Positions 25,206 to 35,172 of a DNA stretch of 64,000 nucleotides are shown in pieces; position 1 is the first letter of the stretch; each line of letters opens with the position of its first letter. The stretch spans positions 512,001 through 576,000 of the forward strand of contig CAVOHZ010000010.1 of NCBI GenBank assembly GCA_963695855.1, written 5' to 3'. The position numbers and the translations under genes are program-made. Below the pieces are notes generated by a model that saw nothing but the letters and a program-made list of their open reading frames with translations, did no database searches and was not told the DNA's origin. Source of the DNA: an uncultured Nitrososphaerales archaeon (lineage in GTDB: Archaea > Thermoproteota > Nitrososphaeria > Nitrososphaerales > Nitrososphaeraceae).

Positions 25206-25613
25206 ATGATAAATGAATTTGAAGAGATTTTATTCAGACCACAGAGGAAGCTAGTGGTATCAAATAGAGATATTAATTTGGCAGAAAACTTCGAAAATAA
25301 ACTATTTCTTCTCATAGTCGATGAATCTAAAGGCTCTGCAGGAGGGAGAGGAGGAGGCTCTGGTCACAGAAAAATTACAAGAGTAATTGGATTTGAATAC
25401 AACAATGACAAGAATATAAATAAGGTTTTTGATACAAGCGAAGAGGAAATAATTGAAAAATTTGAAATTCCTTATAGTGCTGTGGCAATGGATATAACAC
25501 TGTCAGATAGAAAGAAATTTGTTGTTCAAGGAATCGTAGATCCCTTTTTAGTACAAGACTATTGGAAAATAATCGCCACTGTCAAGAACTCGGATTATAT
25601 AGATAACATATAA
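25206..25613 (+). CDS. hypothetical protein
   Basis: 135-aa ORF with a Gly-rich loop (GSAGGRGGGSG). Confidence 0.7.
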   Translation: MINEFEEILFRPQRKLVVSNRDINLAENFENKLFLLIVDESKGSAGGRGGGSGHRKITRVIGFEYNNDKNINKVFDTSEEEIIEKFEIPYSAVAMDITLSDRKKFVVQGIVDPFLVQDYWKIIATVKNSDYIDNI

Positions 25614-25625
25614 GGGGTCACAGGA

Positions 25626-25787
25626 TTGGTATTTAAAAATAAAGAACTCATAGGTGCGGAAATAGTGGGAACGGGATCGGATTTCATTGTTATCGAAAAG
25701 GAAAAAAAAAGATATTTAATTGAAGTTAATTTCAAAACTTTAAAAGAGTTGAAGAATTCCACGACGCCATATGGATCACAGGTTTAG
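25626..25787 (+). CDS. 53-aa hypothetical protein
   Basis: Own translation from TTG: MVFKNKELIGAEIVGTGSDFIVIEKEKKRYLIEVNFK...; starts 12 bp after the previous stop. Confidence 0.45.
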   Translation: MVFKNKELIGAEIVGTGSDFIVIEKEKKRYLIEVNFKTLKELKNSTTPYGSQV

Positions 25788-25857
25788 CTTCATAATTTCG
25801 GAATTACTATTAAAATCCTAAAAGATAAATTGAGCATATAAATAAAACCCTTATCTA

Positions 25858-27825
25858 TTGAAATCTCTTGCTAAATTAGATTTAGAATATCAAAATAACG
25901 ATAAGAAAATTCGCAAAATATCTAATAATAATCATGATATTAAAAAAATTAAAGTAAAATATCACAGGAAAGCAGAATCTGAATTTTTCGTGGATAATTC
26001 TGCTTTAGCTGGATTTACTGGAGAACGTATTCTTTATATGGCAATAAGAGAACTAATAGAAAATTCACTAGACTCTTGCGAAGCAAATCATATACTACCA
26101 GAGATAATGATATCATTAAAACAAATTGACCCGATAAATGATTTGTGGTCCATTTCATGCAGCGATAACGGAATCGGGATACCTGCAGAAAAAGTTCCCG
26201 TAGCTGTATGTTCTTTCCTAACTTCTGGAAAATATGTGGAAAAACAACAGAGAGGATTATTTGGCGTAGGTCTGAAAATGATAGCTGCATTTTCTACAAA
26301 AGATACGGATAGACCACTTCAGGTATGGTCAAAAGCGATTGAAGAGGCGATAGAATACTATCATGAACTTAGAACTGATATATCTACAAATAAAGCAGTT
26401 GTTTTAGCCAAAAGGATTGTATCTGATTCGGAGTCAATAATAAATAAAGAACATGGATTTCATATTTCTGCAACTCTAAGGGCTAGATTATCTCCGGTTA
26501 CAAAGAACAAGATCTATGATTACGTTACTCAAACCAGCGTAGTAAATCCATACGCGAACATTACATTTGAAAATCATGAAGGAAAAATAGTATTTAAAAG
26601 AAGGACCGAGAAAATGCCTGAGCCAGCTAAGGAGGTTCTTCCTCATCCAGCAGATATGGATTTGCAAACTTTAAAAAAAGCAATTTTTAACTTTATGAAC
26701 CAAAAAACAACAATACAAGGGGTATTAACAACCTCATTTCAAAAACTATCTAACGAGAAGGCAAAAGAAATAATAAATATTGCTGAGATACATAATAAAC
26801 CATCAAATCAATATTCAGAACAGGAATTAATTAAAATAGTCAATGTATGTAAACAGACAAAATTTCAATCTCCTAATACAGAGCATTTAAGTCCCATCGG
26901 GGAACAAATATTAACAGCAGGTATGACATCTGAATACTCTATAATAAACAATAAGCAACAAAATTCTGGTCAAAATGGACATATGAATCAGCAGAACCTC
27001 AAAGTAACAATTCTAAAACCTGCACTCACTTCATATTCTTCTCGTTCTACTGTAATAAACAACAGACCAACTATTATCGAATGTGGAATAGCTTATGGAG
27101 GCGATATAGGTTCTTTCAAATTGTACAGATTTGCTAATAAGATACCGTTGTTATATGATGAGGGATCTGACGTTGCTAGGGAGGTAGTATCAGAAGTTGG
27201 AATTAACAAAATGGGAATAACAAAAAAAGAAGCAAAAGAACATTTTGGAAGCGAACAAAATAATACAAAGTCAGAAAGAGCAGTCGAATTCCTACCAATT
27301 CACATTTTTTTCCATATTTGTTCTACAAAAATTCCCTATAAAAGCGCAGGAAAGGAAAGTATTGCATCAGAAGGCGATATGAAAAGATACATGAAATTTT
27401 GCCTTTCCGATCTTTATAGAAAAGTTAGTGCTCAAATCCGCAGGGATCTGAAAATAAAGGATGCAGAAAACAGATTAAAACTCTACAAATTTTATATTCC
27501 ACTTATAACTGAAGCGATATCTGATTCGATAGCTATTGATATCGAGAAATTAACCCAGGCGTTTAATTATATTGCAGAAAGCCACGTGAATGGAGAAATA
27601 ATCTCGAAAGAAAACAAAAAAAACAAAAATGATGAATTGAAAGATAAACATATGAATGCTAATAAAAATATAAGTTCTAAAGAAAAGTTCAAAACGTCTA
27701 AAATAGAGAACAAGAAGAATAATGTAAGAAAAGAAAAGGGAGGTAAAAAGATTGCCGTTGAAACTAAAATGAATAAACAAAAAAATTCGGAAAAAGTGAC
27801 ACTTCACGATTTTAATTTAAGGTGA
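25858..27825 (+). CDS. top6B: DNA topoisomerase VI subunit B
   Basis: ELIENSLD, DNGIG, RGLFGVG, PHP, RFANKIPLLYD, STKIPYKSAGKE. Confidence 0.93.
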   Translation: MKSLAKLDLEYQNNDKKIRKISNNNHDIKKIKVKYHRKAESEFFVDNSALAGFTGERILYMAIRELIENSLDSCEANHILPEIMISLKQIDPINDLWSISCSDNGIGIPAEKVPVAVCSFLTSGKYVEKQQRGLFGVGLKMIAAFSTKDTDRPLQVWSKAIEEAIEYYHELRTDISTNKAVVLAKRIVSDSESIINKEHGFHISATLRARLSPVTKNKIYDYVTQTSVVNPYANITFENHEGKIVFKRRTEKMPEPAKEVLPHPADMDLQTLKKAIFNFMNQKTTIQGVLTTSFQKLSNEKAKEIINIAEIHNKPSNQYSEQELIKIVNVCKQTKFQSPNTEHLSPIGEQILTAGMTSEYSIINNKQQNSGQNGHMNQQNLKVTILKPALTSYSSRSTVINNRPTIIECGIAYGGDIGSFKLYRFANKIPLLYDEGSDVAREVVSEVGINKMGITKKEAKEHFGSEQNNTKSERAVEFLPIHIFFHICSTKIPYKSAGKESIASEGDMKRYMKFCLSDLYRKVSAQIRRDLKIKDAENRLKLYKFYIPLITEAISDSIAIDIEKLTQAFNYIAESHVNGEIISKENKKNKNDELKDKHMNANKNISSKEKFKTSKIENKKNNVRKEKGGKKIAVETKMNKQKNSEKVTLHDFNLR

Positions 27826-28937
27826 GAATTTTGCCAGTCGGAAATAGAAGACACAAAGAGATAATAAAAAAAATACAACAAATAATGAAAAGGGTTTCAG
27901 ACGATGTTCTGGTCGAAAACAAAATGCCATCACTAGAAGTTTCAAAGGTAGGTTATGATAATACTTTTTGGTCTGAAAAAAAGAGAATGCTTACGATCGG
28001 AGAAAAGAAGGTTGTAGTGAGTCCAAACAGTATTAAAAAGATCCCAACTTTTGCACAATATCTTGTCATGGCAAATGCAGTCAGAAGATTACTCGACGAA
28101 GAAATGGAAAGTACAATTAGAGGAATGTATTATGCAACTTTGAGTACGGTAGGTGATGAGAAAAATAAAGAAAAATTTTGGAAAGGTCAAGAGGATTCAG
28201 ACAATGCCATCAAAGCAGTTGAATTAATAACAGGCATACCTAGAGAAGAATTTTCTGTGACTTCCAAGCCAAAAGGAATGATCTCGGGTCCAATAACTTT
28301 GAGAGTAGGCGGAGATATTATAGATTGCAATTTGGGAAGTAGAGCTACCTCACAGCTGATACCAACCAATATACTTGATGTTGAAATAATTAATGTTAAA
28401 GCAGACTTTGTGATGGTTGTAGAAAAAGATACTGTACTAAATAACATAAGAAAATCGGGTTTTATTCAGAAATATAACGCCATTCTTATGACAGGTTCAG
28501 GGGAGCCAGATAGGGCAACAAGGATGATGGTCAGGATGCTTAGTGAAAAATGGAAGAAACCTGTTGTAGTTTTTGCCGATGCAGATCCATGGGGCTTAGG
28601 CATAGCTTTGAGATACAAGATAGGAAGCGAATCTTTAAGTTATGATAGTGATAGATTGGTGACTCCAAATGCTAAAGTACTTGGAATGATGTTTTCTGAT
28701 ATATATGACTATAACATTCCAGAGGTAGCAAGATTAACAGCTTCTCAAGAGGACATTAATCGGGCTAATGATATGAAGAAAAAACCATGGTTACAAGAAA
28801 AACAGTGGCAAAATCAACTAAATATTTTTTTGAAGAGAAAGGAAAAATGCGAATTAGACGCATTTTTTAAGCATGGTTTTAAATACTTAGCAGAAGTTTA
28901 TCTACCAAGAAAATTACAGGAAGCTGGAGTAATATAG
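27822..28937 (+). CDS. top6A: DNA topoisomerase VI subunit A
   Basis: TIRGMYY, VVEKD, TGSGEPD, DADPWG, KCELDA; overlaps the top6B stop. Confidence 0.93.
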   Translation: MRILPVGNRRHKEIIKKIQQIMKRVSDDVLVENKMPSLEVSKVGYDNTFWSEKKRMLTIGEKKVVVSPNSIKKIPTFAQYLVMANAVRRLLDEEMESTIRGMYYATLSTVGDEKNKEKFWKGQEDSDNAIKAVELITGIPREEFSVTSKPKGMISGPITLRVGGDIIDCNLGSRATSQLIPTNILDVEIINVKADFVMVVEKDTVLNNIRKSGFIQKYNAILMTGSGEPDRATRMMVRMLSEKWKKPVVVFADADPWGLGIALRYKIGSESLSYDSDRLVTPNAKVLGMMFSDIYDYNIPEVARLTASQEDINRANDMKKKPWLQEKQWQNQLNIFLKRKEKCELDAFFKHGFKYLAEVYLPRKLQEAGVI

Positions 28938-29055
28938 CAAGTATTTTAGGATCATTATGACAACCAAAGTCTAGACTTGGAATTGTTAATTGTAAAATAT
29001 TGTGATTTCTCAAATTCAGTCAATTTTCTAGTCCAACGGTAACAAAGATTACTTA

Positions 29056-29090
29056 GAGCCTATCCCAAAATTAACCCACCGTAAACAATA
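29056..29090. mobile_element. orphan end of the same IS5 family
   Basis: TTA|GAGCCTATCCCAAAATTA..., matching the end at 17076, followed by a diverged GTAAACAAT; no partner end found. Confidence 0.7.
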
Positions 29091-29780
29091 TAATGGGCTT
29101 ACTCTGCTTGAAGGGATCCTTCAAAATAGAAAGATAAAGATAGTGCTCTCCTGACAGAGTCGTATTATTGTAATTCAAATATGTTACATAATCATATAAC
29201 AGAATGTATTTTCGATAATATGCTATGCTATGATAATCTTTATTTTATTTAATGGGTTTTAGGTTTTCAATCCTTCAATTTGTCATGTTGGAATATAAAA
29301 ATTGTAAAACCAAAAATACTTATGGTTCATTTTTAAAAATATTTTTTAGGTTTTTAATGTAATAGATTAACAATCCCAATGACATACGACTAAATAATTA
29401 GAATCAAAAAAGAGTAAAACACGTTAAAATTAAACCAATAAAAAGAATATTGCGGAAAATAAAGATTTCAGCTTATTATATAGTATTCAAACAAAAGAAC
29501 AATTTCAATTTAAAATGAAATTTTGAATATTTCGTCAATTTTCCTAAAATCGATACTGTTTTCAACCTTATTTTTCGTATCTGTTCACTATTTGTATGTT
29601 ATTAAAATACCAAAAATATTCAAATAATCGTATTATTTGTTCTTTTTATCAGAAGTGCATTTGTCAGTTTTTTTCGGGATTTATTGGGCAATGGAAGAAA
29701 TATCACGAAAGCGAATGTACTCGCCATTTTTAAGATTAGACAAACTTTTTATGATGAGATGTGATCTATTATCCTATCGA

Positions 29781-29966
29781 ATGTTGGAAGCAAAATGCCA
29801 TAAATGTGATAAGAGTGCACAAGTTAATGACGATATGACAATGGTGAGCTGTCCCCACTGTTTGTCAGAAATATCTTACGAAGAATACTTAGAAATAATG
29901 AAAAACAGAGCATTAAATATGGGGTTTGATTACCAAGGTAATTTTAACAATAATAAGTTTAGTTGA
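29781..29966 (+). CDS. 61-aa zinc-ribbon protein
   Basis: MLEAKCHKC...SCPHC...SYEEYLEIMK; the track's upstream extension looks non-coding. Confidence 0.75.
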   Translation: MLEAKCHKCDKSAQVNDDMTMVSCPHCLSEISYEEYLEIMKNRALNMGFDYQGNFNNNKFS

Positions 29967-29981
29967 TTATCTATTTATAAA

Positions 29982-31244
29982 TTATTTTATAATACCCGCT
30001 CCAATTAATCTCCACCTTTCTCCAATCTTTCTGCTTAGTGCTATACGACTGTTTTGTATAAGGCAAATTGGTTTTTTTAATTTTATTTCTATTTTTTTAT
30101 CTCTAGAATTAGTCACGAGTGCGGTAGTAGCAGATGTGCCTATATTTACTCTAAGAGGTTCACCCTTCTTTATTGGATCAACTTTAACCAATTCTTGAGT
30201 GCCTACCGCAGTATCAAAAAGATTTGTTTCGACAGATATATCATATACATCTTCAGGAAGCGTTCCCGGTTTGCCAACAACCGATCCAATCAGAGAATCA
30301 CTCTTTACAAAGGAGGGATCTAATGTAGTGCCAATTGATACCAAACCACCAGGTTTGACATTTTCTACCAATCCTGCACCTGTTCCTAGGCCAGAAATTT
30401 TAGAGTAAATTACCTGGTATTTTCCTTTACTATTTAATAATCCTGGCCTTATTTCTATATCATCTCCAATATTAAATTCTCCTTGAATCAAAGCACCACC
30501 AATTGCTCCACCATTTATTTCATCTATGCGCAGCCCCGGTTTATTTATGTCAAATGACCTTAAAACATGCATTATTGGGAAAGTACTTTTATTTCTTTCA
30601 GGAGTTTTGATGTAATTTTCAACTGATTCTATTAATAGATCGATATTGACATTATGTTGAGCAGAAATGGGAATTATAGAGGCATCTTTGGCAACTGAAC
30701 TACTAACAAAATCTTTAATTTGATCATAATTTTCCAAAGCGCTATCTTTTTCGGTTAAATCGACCTTATTCTGCACAATTACAATCTGTTTAATTCCTAG
30801 TACCTCAAGAGCAAGCATATGTTCTCTCGTCTGAGGTTTGGGGACAGACTCATTGGCAGCGATTACAAGGATAGCCCCGTCCATCAAGCCTGCTCCAGAT
30901 AACATATTTGCCATCAAACTTTCATGTCCTGGAGAATCCACAAAACTTACCACGCGTAATAAATTGCTTTCTTTACCACAATTATTACATTTTGGTTGTG
31001 TCGAATAACATTCTGGAGCTGGGCAGTCTGTACATTTATAAAAAGCTGCATCGGCATATCCGACTTTTATTGTAATTCCTCGCCTCAATTCCTCACTATG
31101 AGCACTAGTCCAAACTCCAGTTATAGCTTCGATAAGTGTTGTTTTTCCATGATCCACATGTCCTGAAGTTCCGATGTTAATATTAGGTTGATAACCATAA
31201 TCTTTAATGTACCAATCAGGCAGAGTTTCTTTCCAGTGCAACAT
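29982..31244 (-). CDS. eif2g: translation initiation factor 2 gamma subunit
   Basis: GHVDHGKT, RGITIK, DSPGH, NKVD, WRLIGAG. Confidence 0.97.
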   Translation of the reverse strand: MLHWKETLPDWYIKDYGYQPNINIGTSGHVDHGKTTLIEAITGVWTSAHSEELRRGITIKVGYADAAFYKCTDCPAPECYSTQPKCNNCGKESNLLRVVSFVDSPGHESLMANMLSGAGLMDGAILVIAANESVPKPQTREHMLALEVLGIKQIVIVQNKVDLTEKDSALENYDQIKDFVSSSVAKDASIIPISAQHNVNIDLLIESVENYIKTPERNKSTFPIMHVLRSFDINKPGLRIDEINGGAIGGALIQGEFNIGDDIEIRPGLLNSKGKYQVIYSKISGLGTGAGLVENVKPGGLVSIGTTLDPSFVKSDSLIGSVVGKPGTLPEDVYDISVETNLFDTAVGTQELVKVDPIKKGEPLRVNIGTSATTALVTNSRDKKIEIKLKKPICLIQNSRIALSRKIGERWRLIGAGIIK

Positions 31245-31317
31245 CGTCTTTTATTTTATTGAGGGATATTAAGGTAATTGAGGTTCTTAAAAAATGATAT
31301 CTAAAAAAACAAAGATA

Positions 31318-31719
31318 CTAGCTGACCGGTTTAATTGATTCATTAATATCCTCTGAATTCTCAGGTCGTGTTAGATTAACACCCTCTAACATACAATTTA
31401 ATTGGTATATTTCTTCAGTGATCATATTTCCCCGAACAAGTTTTCTTATCCTTTTACCCTCACTAGAATCGTTCATCCCTACTCCCTTGCTTAACAATAC
31501 ATATTTTTTTACTCCTCCATGAACATCTGAGCGCATTGGAGTCCCAGATTTGTCACTACCTCCAGTGACTTTTAATTTCCCACCAGAGACGCCGATAGTG
31601 GTAGAATCAAATGAGTCACCTATTTTTCCACCAAGAAATGGTTGCGCCTCTTTATCTTTAAGTTCATGGGACACACTCTTACCCTTTTTATCAGATACTA
31701 CTACTTTGAAATTAACCAA
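31318..31719 (-). CDS. rps6e: 30S ribosomal protein S6e
   Basis: KVTGGSDKSGTPMR, RKLVRGN; TTG at 31719 is the likely start. Confidence 0.93.
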   Translation of the reverse strand: MVNFKVVVSDKKGKSVSHELKDKEAQPFLGGKIGDSFDSTTIGVSGGKLKVTGGSDKSGTPMRSDVHGGVKKYVLLSKGVGMNDSSEGKRIRKLVRGNMITEEIYQLNCMLEGVNLTRPENSEDINESIKPVS

Positions 31720-31793
31720 CAAAAAATCAACCAATTTAATCATTAATTAATCTTTGCAAAGGGTTAAAATTCAAAAAAATATAGATGATTATT

Positions 31794-31931
31794 ATGGAAG
31801 AAAAATATCCTCAAGAGGCTGTGTATTGTCCTAGATGTGAGAATATAATGATCCATTTACAAACTTGCCATCTAAGGTGTAGCAAATGTGGTACAGAATT
31901 GACCTGCTCTGATAAAGGAAATTTTTGGTGA
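31794..31931 (+). CDS. 45-aa CPxC-type zinc-finger micro-protein
   Basis: Own translation MEEKYPQEAVYCPRCENIMIHLQTCHLRCSKCGTELTCSDKGNFW. Confidence 0.8.
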   Translation: MEEKYPQEAVYCPRCENIMIHLQTCHLRCSKCGTELTCSDKGNFW

Positions 31932-32614
31932 CCTGTAATAACAATAAAAACAATATCAATACACGAATATAAAAAAATATATATAAACAAGTAATTAATA
32001 TAGTTTATACTTGTATACGAGACAAGTGCTTATTTATTTAGTGTAACTAATTTTATAACCTCTTATGTAGACAACAACAATCAAAATGGTTAATGATTAT
32101 TATTTAATCAGCATTAGAAAATACTGATATCTTGTCTATATATCCTGCGCTAAAGGATATATTAAAAAACTTTCTATAAACAATAATAGTGTTTTCTTTA
32201 CAAAGATTTTTTATTTGAATTGACCTTCTTTTATTCATTTTGTACTTTTACAACCGATTTAACATCTAATATTGTTATATAATTCCTCAAAAAATCATTT
32301 AATTCAAATTCAGTTGTGTATGGAGTCACTAATTTTGAAATTTTTGAAAGAGACAAATGACTAATTACTGAATATTTTGAAAAAGGCATTAAAAAGAAAA
32401 GCGTCCAAATTGAATAAATTCATTATTAAATTAAGTTATCATATAGTCCCTAATCAGGATTTGATTAGCCTCACTATGCCTAATGAGACATATATAAATT
32501 TTAAGTTTCTAATATTTCATTTTGTAACTTTTTTCTAAGTATATTCCTATTAAAATTCATAACAGAAACAAAAGAATAAATATTTATCTTTTGTAACGTC
32601 ACATCGGTAGAAAA

Positions 32615-33004
32615 ATGATAGCTAAAAAAGGTTCAAAACCTAAAAAGGAGATTGTGAAAGAAACAAAGGAAGTAAAACCAAAGGAAGTAAAACCAGTAAA
32701 ATCGGTACCAATTACAGTAGAATTGGACATCCTAAAAATACTGATTAACGAAAGGCCCCTAATACCACTCCTTCGCGTATTAAAGACAAATAAGGAATTA
32801 CACACAAGAGAGTTATTAATAACAATGGGAAGCTGGGGATATGGACAATCTCTTATGAAAAGAGCGACAAATCTAGCATTAATTGATAGGAAAATCAAAA
32901 AAGAAAAATCAAGGGGCAGAGGCAAACCAAGAATATACAACGCCTTAACAAATAAGGGAAGAGAAGTAGTCAAACTCGCAGATAGAATAGGATACGAAAA
33001 ATAA
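32615..33004 (+). CDS. winged-helix DNA-binding protein
   Basis: GRGKPRIYNALTNKGREV wing motif; Lys-rich N-terminus. Confidence 0.75.
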   Translation: MIAKKGSKPKKEIVKETKEVKPKEVKPVKSVPITVELDILKILINERPLIPLLRVLKTNKELHTRELLITMGSWGYGQSLMKRATNLALIDRKIKKEKSRGRGKPRIYNALTNKGREVVKLADRIGYEK

Positions 33005-33071
33005 TTATCGACAAAATAAAAAATATAATTTTCCAAAATTTTTATTTGTTTTCAAGAAATAAGCCTTTATA

Positions 33072-33446
33072 ATGGATGTCATATGCGATACAAGTTTTTT
33101 TATAGTCTTAGTGACAAAACCAACCAAATTATTAGAAAATATTGAGAATATTTTTGGTAAGATTAATTTCTTGATACCTGACGTAGTAATTGAAGAATTA
33201 ATGAAACTAATGAATTCTAATCCTCGAAGGTCAAGAGACGCTAAACTAGCATTAGAAATTTCTAAAAAATTTAAGAAGATAAAAACATCAAGAACCAAAC
33301 ATATTGATGATAATTTAGTAGAGTATGCCTATTTTAATAAATGTGCTGTCGCAACTATCGACAAGGATCTAATAAGACGATTAATTTCTCAAAACACATT
33401 AGTAATATCATTGAGAAAAGACAAGATGATAGTAGTGAACAATTAA
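33072..33446 (+). CDS. PIN-domain protein (Fcf1/Utp24-like)
   Basis: ICDTSF, VIEEL, IDD, VATIDKDL. Confidence 0.88.
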   Translation: MDVICDTSFFIVLVTKPTKLLENIENIFGKINFLIPDVVIEELMKLMNSNPRRSRDAKLALEISKKFKKIKTSRTKHIDDNLVEYAYFNKCAVATIDKDLIRRLISQNTLVISLRKDKMIVVNN

Positions 33447-33478
33447 GCAATAGACAAATTTAAATTTGAAAAAGAATA

Positions 33479-34141
33479 TTGAAAAATATGGAATTTAATA
33501 ATATTAATATATATTGGCTTGGTCATGACGGATACAAAATAGTAAATAATGAAGACAAAATAGTATATATAGATCCATACAAACTCAAGCAAAAACATAA
33601 CGAACACGATGCAGATCTAATTTTAATTACACATAATCATTTTGATCATTTAAGTCCAGAAGATCTACGTATAATCAATAACGAAAAAACTTCAATTATT
33701 GCAGCAGCAGAATGTGTAGAAAAATTAAAACAAGAAGGATTCAAAAATATAAAAGAAGTAGAACCAGGTCAAAAAATACTGCAAGATGGTATCGATATTG
33801 AGGTTGTGCCTGCATATAACATAGATAAAAAATATCATCCAAAAGAAGATAAAAAGGTGGGGTTTATAATCACGACTAACGATACAAGGATATATCACTC
33901 TGGAGATACAGATGCAATTCCCGAGATGAATGAGATTAAACCTGATATTGCATTAGTTCCAGTTTCAGGAGTATATGTAATGTCAGCAGAAGAAGCAGCT
34001 ACGGCGATAAATAACATGATAAAACCTTTTAAGGCCGCTATTCCTATGCATTATGGGACCATCGTAGGAACAGAGGTAGATGCAAATAAATTTAAGGAAC
34101 TCGTCAAAGTTTGCGAAGTTGTAATATTAAATTCAGAATAG
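33479..34141 (+). CDS. MBL-fold metallo-hydrolase
   Basis: WLGH, IDPY, THNHFDH, YHSGDT, IPMHYG. Confidence 0.92.
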   Translation: MKNMEFNNINIYWLGHDGYKIVNNEDKIVYIDPYKLKQKHNEHDADLILITHNHFDHLSPEDLRIINNEKTSIIAAAECVEKLKQEGFKNIKEVEPGQKILQDGIDIEVVPAYNIDKKYHPKEDKKVGFIITTNDTRIYHSGDTDAIPEMNEIKPDIALVPVSGVYVMSAEEAATAINNMIKPFKAAIPMHYGTIVGTEVDANKFKELVKVCEVVILNSE

Positions 34142-34289
34142 CAATATCTGGTATTTTCTTTAAAAAAATTTTAGAAAGTTTGCAATAATTAGAAAAAAAT
34201 ATTCATTAAAATCTTTTATACCTAATAGTTTGTATAAATAAACAGAACATTTTATCATTTTCTCTATTTTATCTGTACCGAGTATATAA

Positions 34290-34502
34290 TTGAGACCAAT
34301 AGACCTTTTAGGAAAGATATTATCTAATGGATACAATGCTGAAATTCAGAGCAAGCCATACGGATCATTGTTGGTAGTAAGAAATAAGTCAATATTATCA
34401 TATTCTGTTGGAAGTTTGATTAGACGTGGAGGATATAGGTTCAAATATTGTTATGATGACACTAATGGCGAATCTGTATTTATATTTACAAAAAAAATAT
34501 GA
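34290..34502 (+). CDS. hypothetical small protein
   Basis: 70-aa ORF co-oriented with its neighbours. Confidence 0.5.
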   Translation: MRPIDLLGKILSNGYNAEIQSKPYGSLLVVRNKSILSYSVGSLIRRGGYRFKYCYDDTNGESVFIFTKKI

Positions 34503-34591
34503 TTAATTAACTTATCATATCCACTTTTTTTAATAATCGAACTTGAAATCGAAAACGAAAATATATGTATCCGAATGATATTTCTTGATTT

Positions 34592-35140
34592 ATGGTCAGA
34601 ACTTTGTCAAATCAGAAATTATTAACAGGTCAGAAAGCTCCTGATTTTACCCTGAAAGGTATAGATGAAAAAAATTATTCATTAAATGATTTTAACAGCA
34701 GAACGCTCTTGGTTATTTTTATTTGTAACCACTGTCCATTTGTCAAAGCAAGAATAAATGACATTGTTGATTTGCAGTCCAGATTTAATACCCATGACCT
34801 TCAAATAATCACAATCAATAGTAATGATCCTTCTTATCAAGATGAAGGTTTTGATAACATGAAGGAATTTGCAAAACAAAATAACTTGAATTTCCCCTAT
34901 CTTATAGATGAAACACAAGAGATTGCAAAGTTATATGGTGCTGTATGTACTCCAGATCCATTTTTGTTCGATTCGAATAAAACTTTGGTTTTTCATGGTA
35001 GAATAAATGATGCGATCGAGCCAGCATCGAAGCCACAGAAACATATAATGCACGAAAACATAAAAAAAATAATAAATGCAGAAAAAATAGAAAAGGATTT
35101 CGATCCTTCTATAGGATGTTCTATCAAGTGGAAGGAGTAA
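34592..35140 (+). CDS. thioredoxin/AhpC-TSA family protein
   Basis: APDFTL, CNHCPFV, GAVCTPD, SIGCSIKW. Confidence 0.9.
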   Translation: MVRTLSNQKLLTGQKAPDFTLKGIDEKNYSLNDFNSRTLLVIFICNHCPFVKARINDIVDLQSRFNTHDLQIITINSNDPSYQDEGFDNMKEFAKQNNLNFPYLIDETQEIAKLYGAVCTPDPFLFDSNKTLVFHGRINDAIEPASKPQKHIMHENIKKIINAEKIEKDFDPSIGCSIKWKE

Positions 35141-35172
35141 CTTTTTTATAAAAATTTAAATTTTTTCTTAAA

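Noticed and set aside
31950-32600. AT-rich gap as a replication origin
   Set aside because: No ORB-like repeats and no orc1/cdc6 gene nearby.
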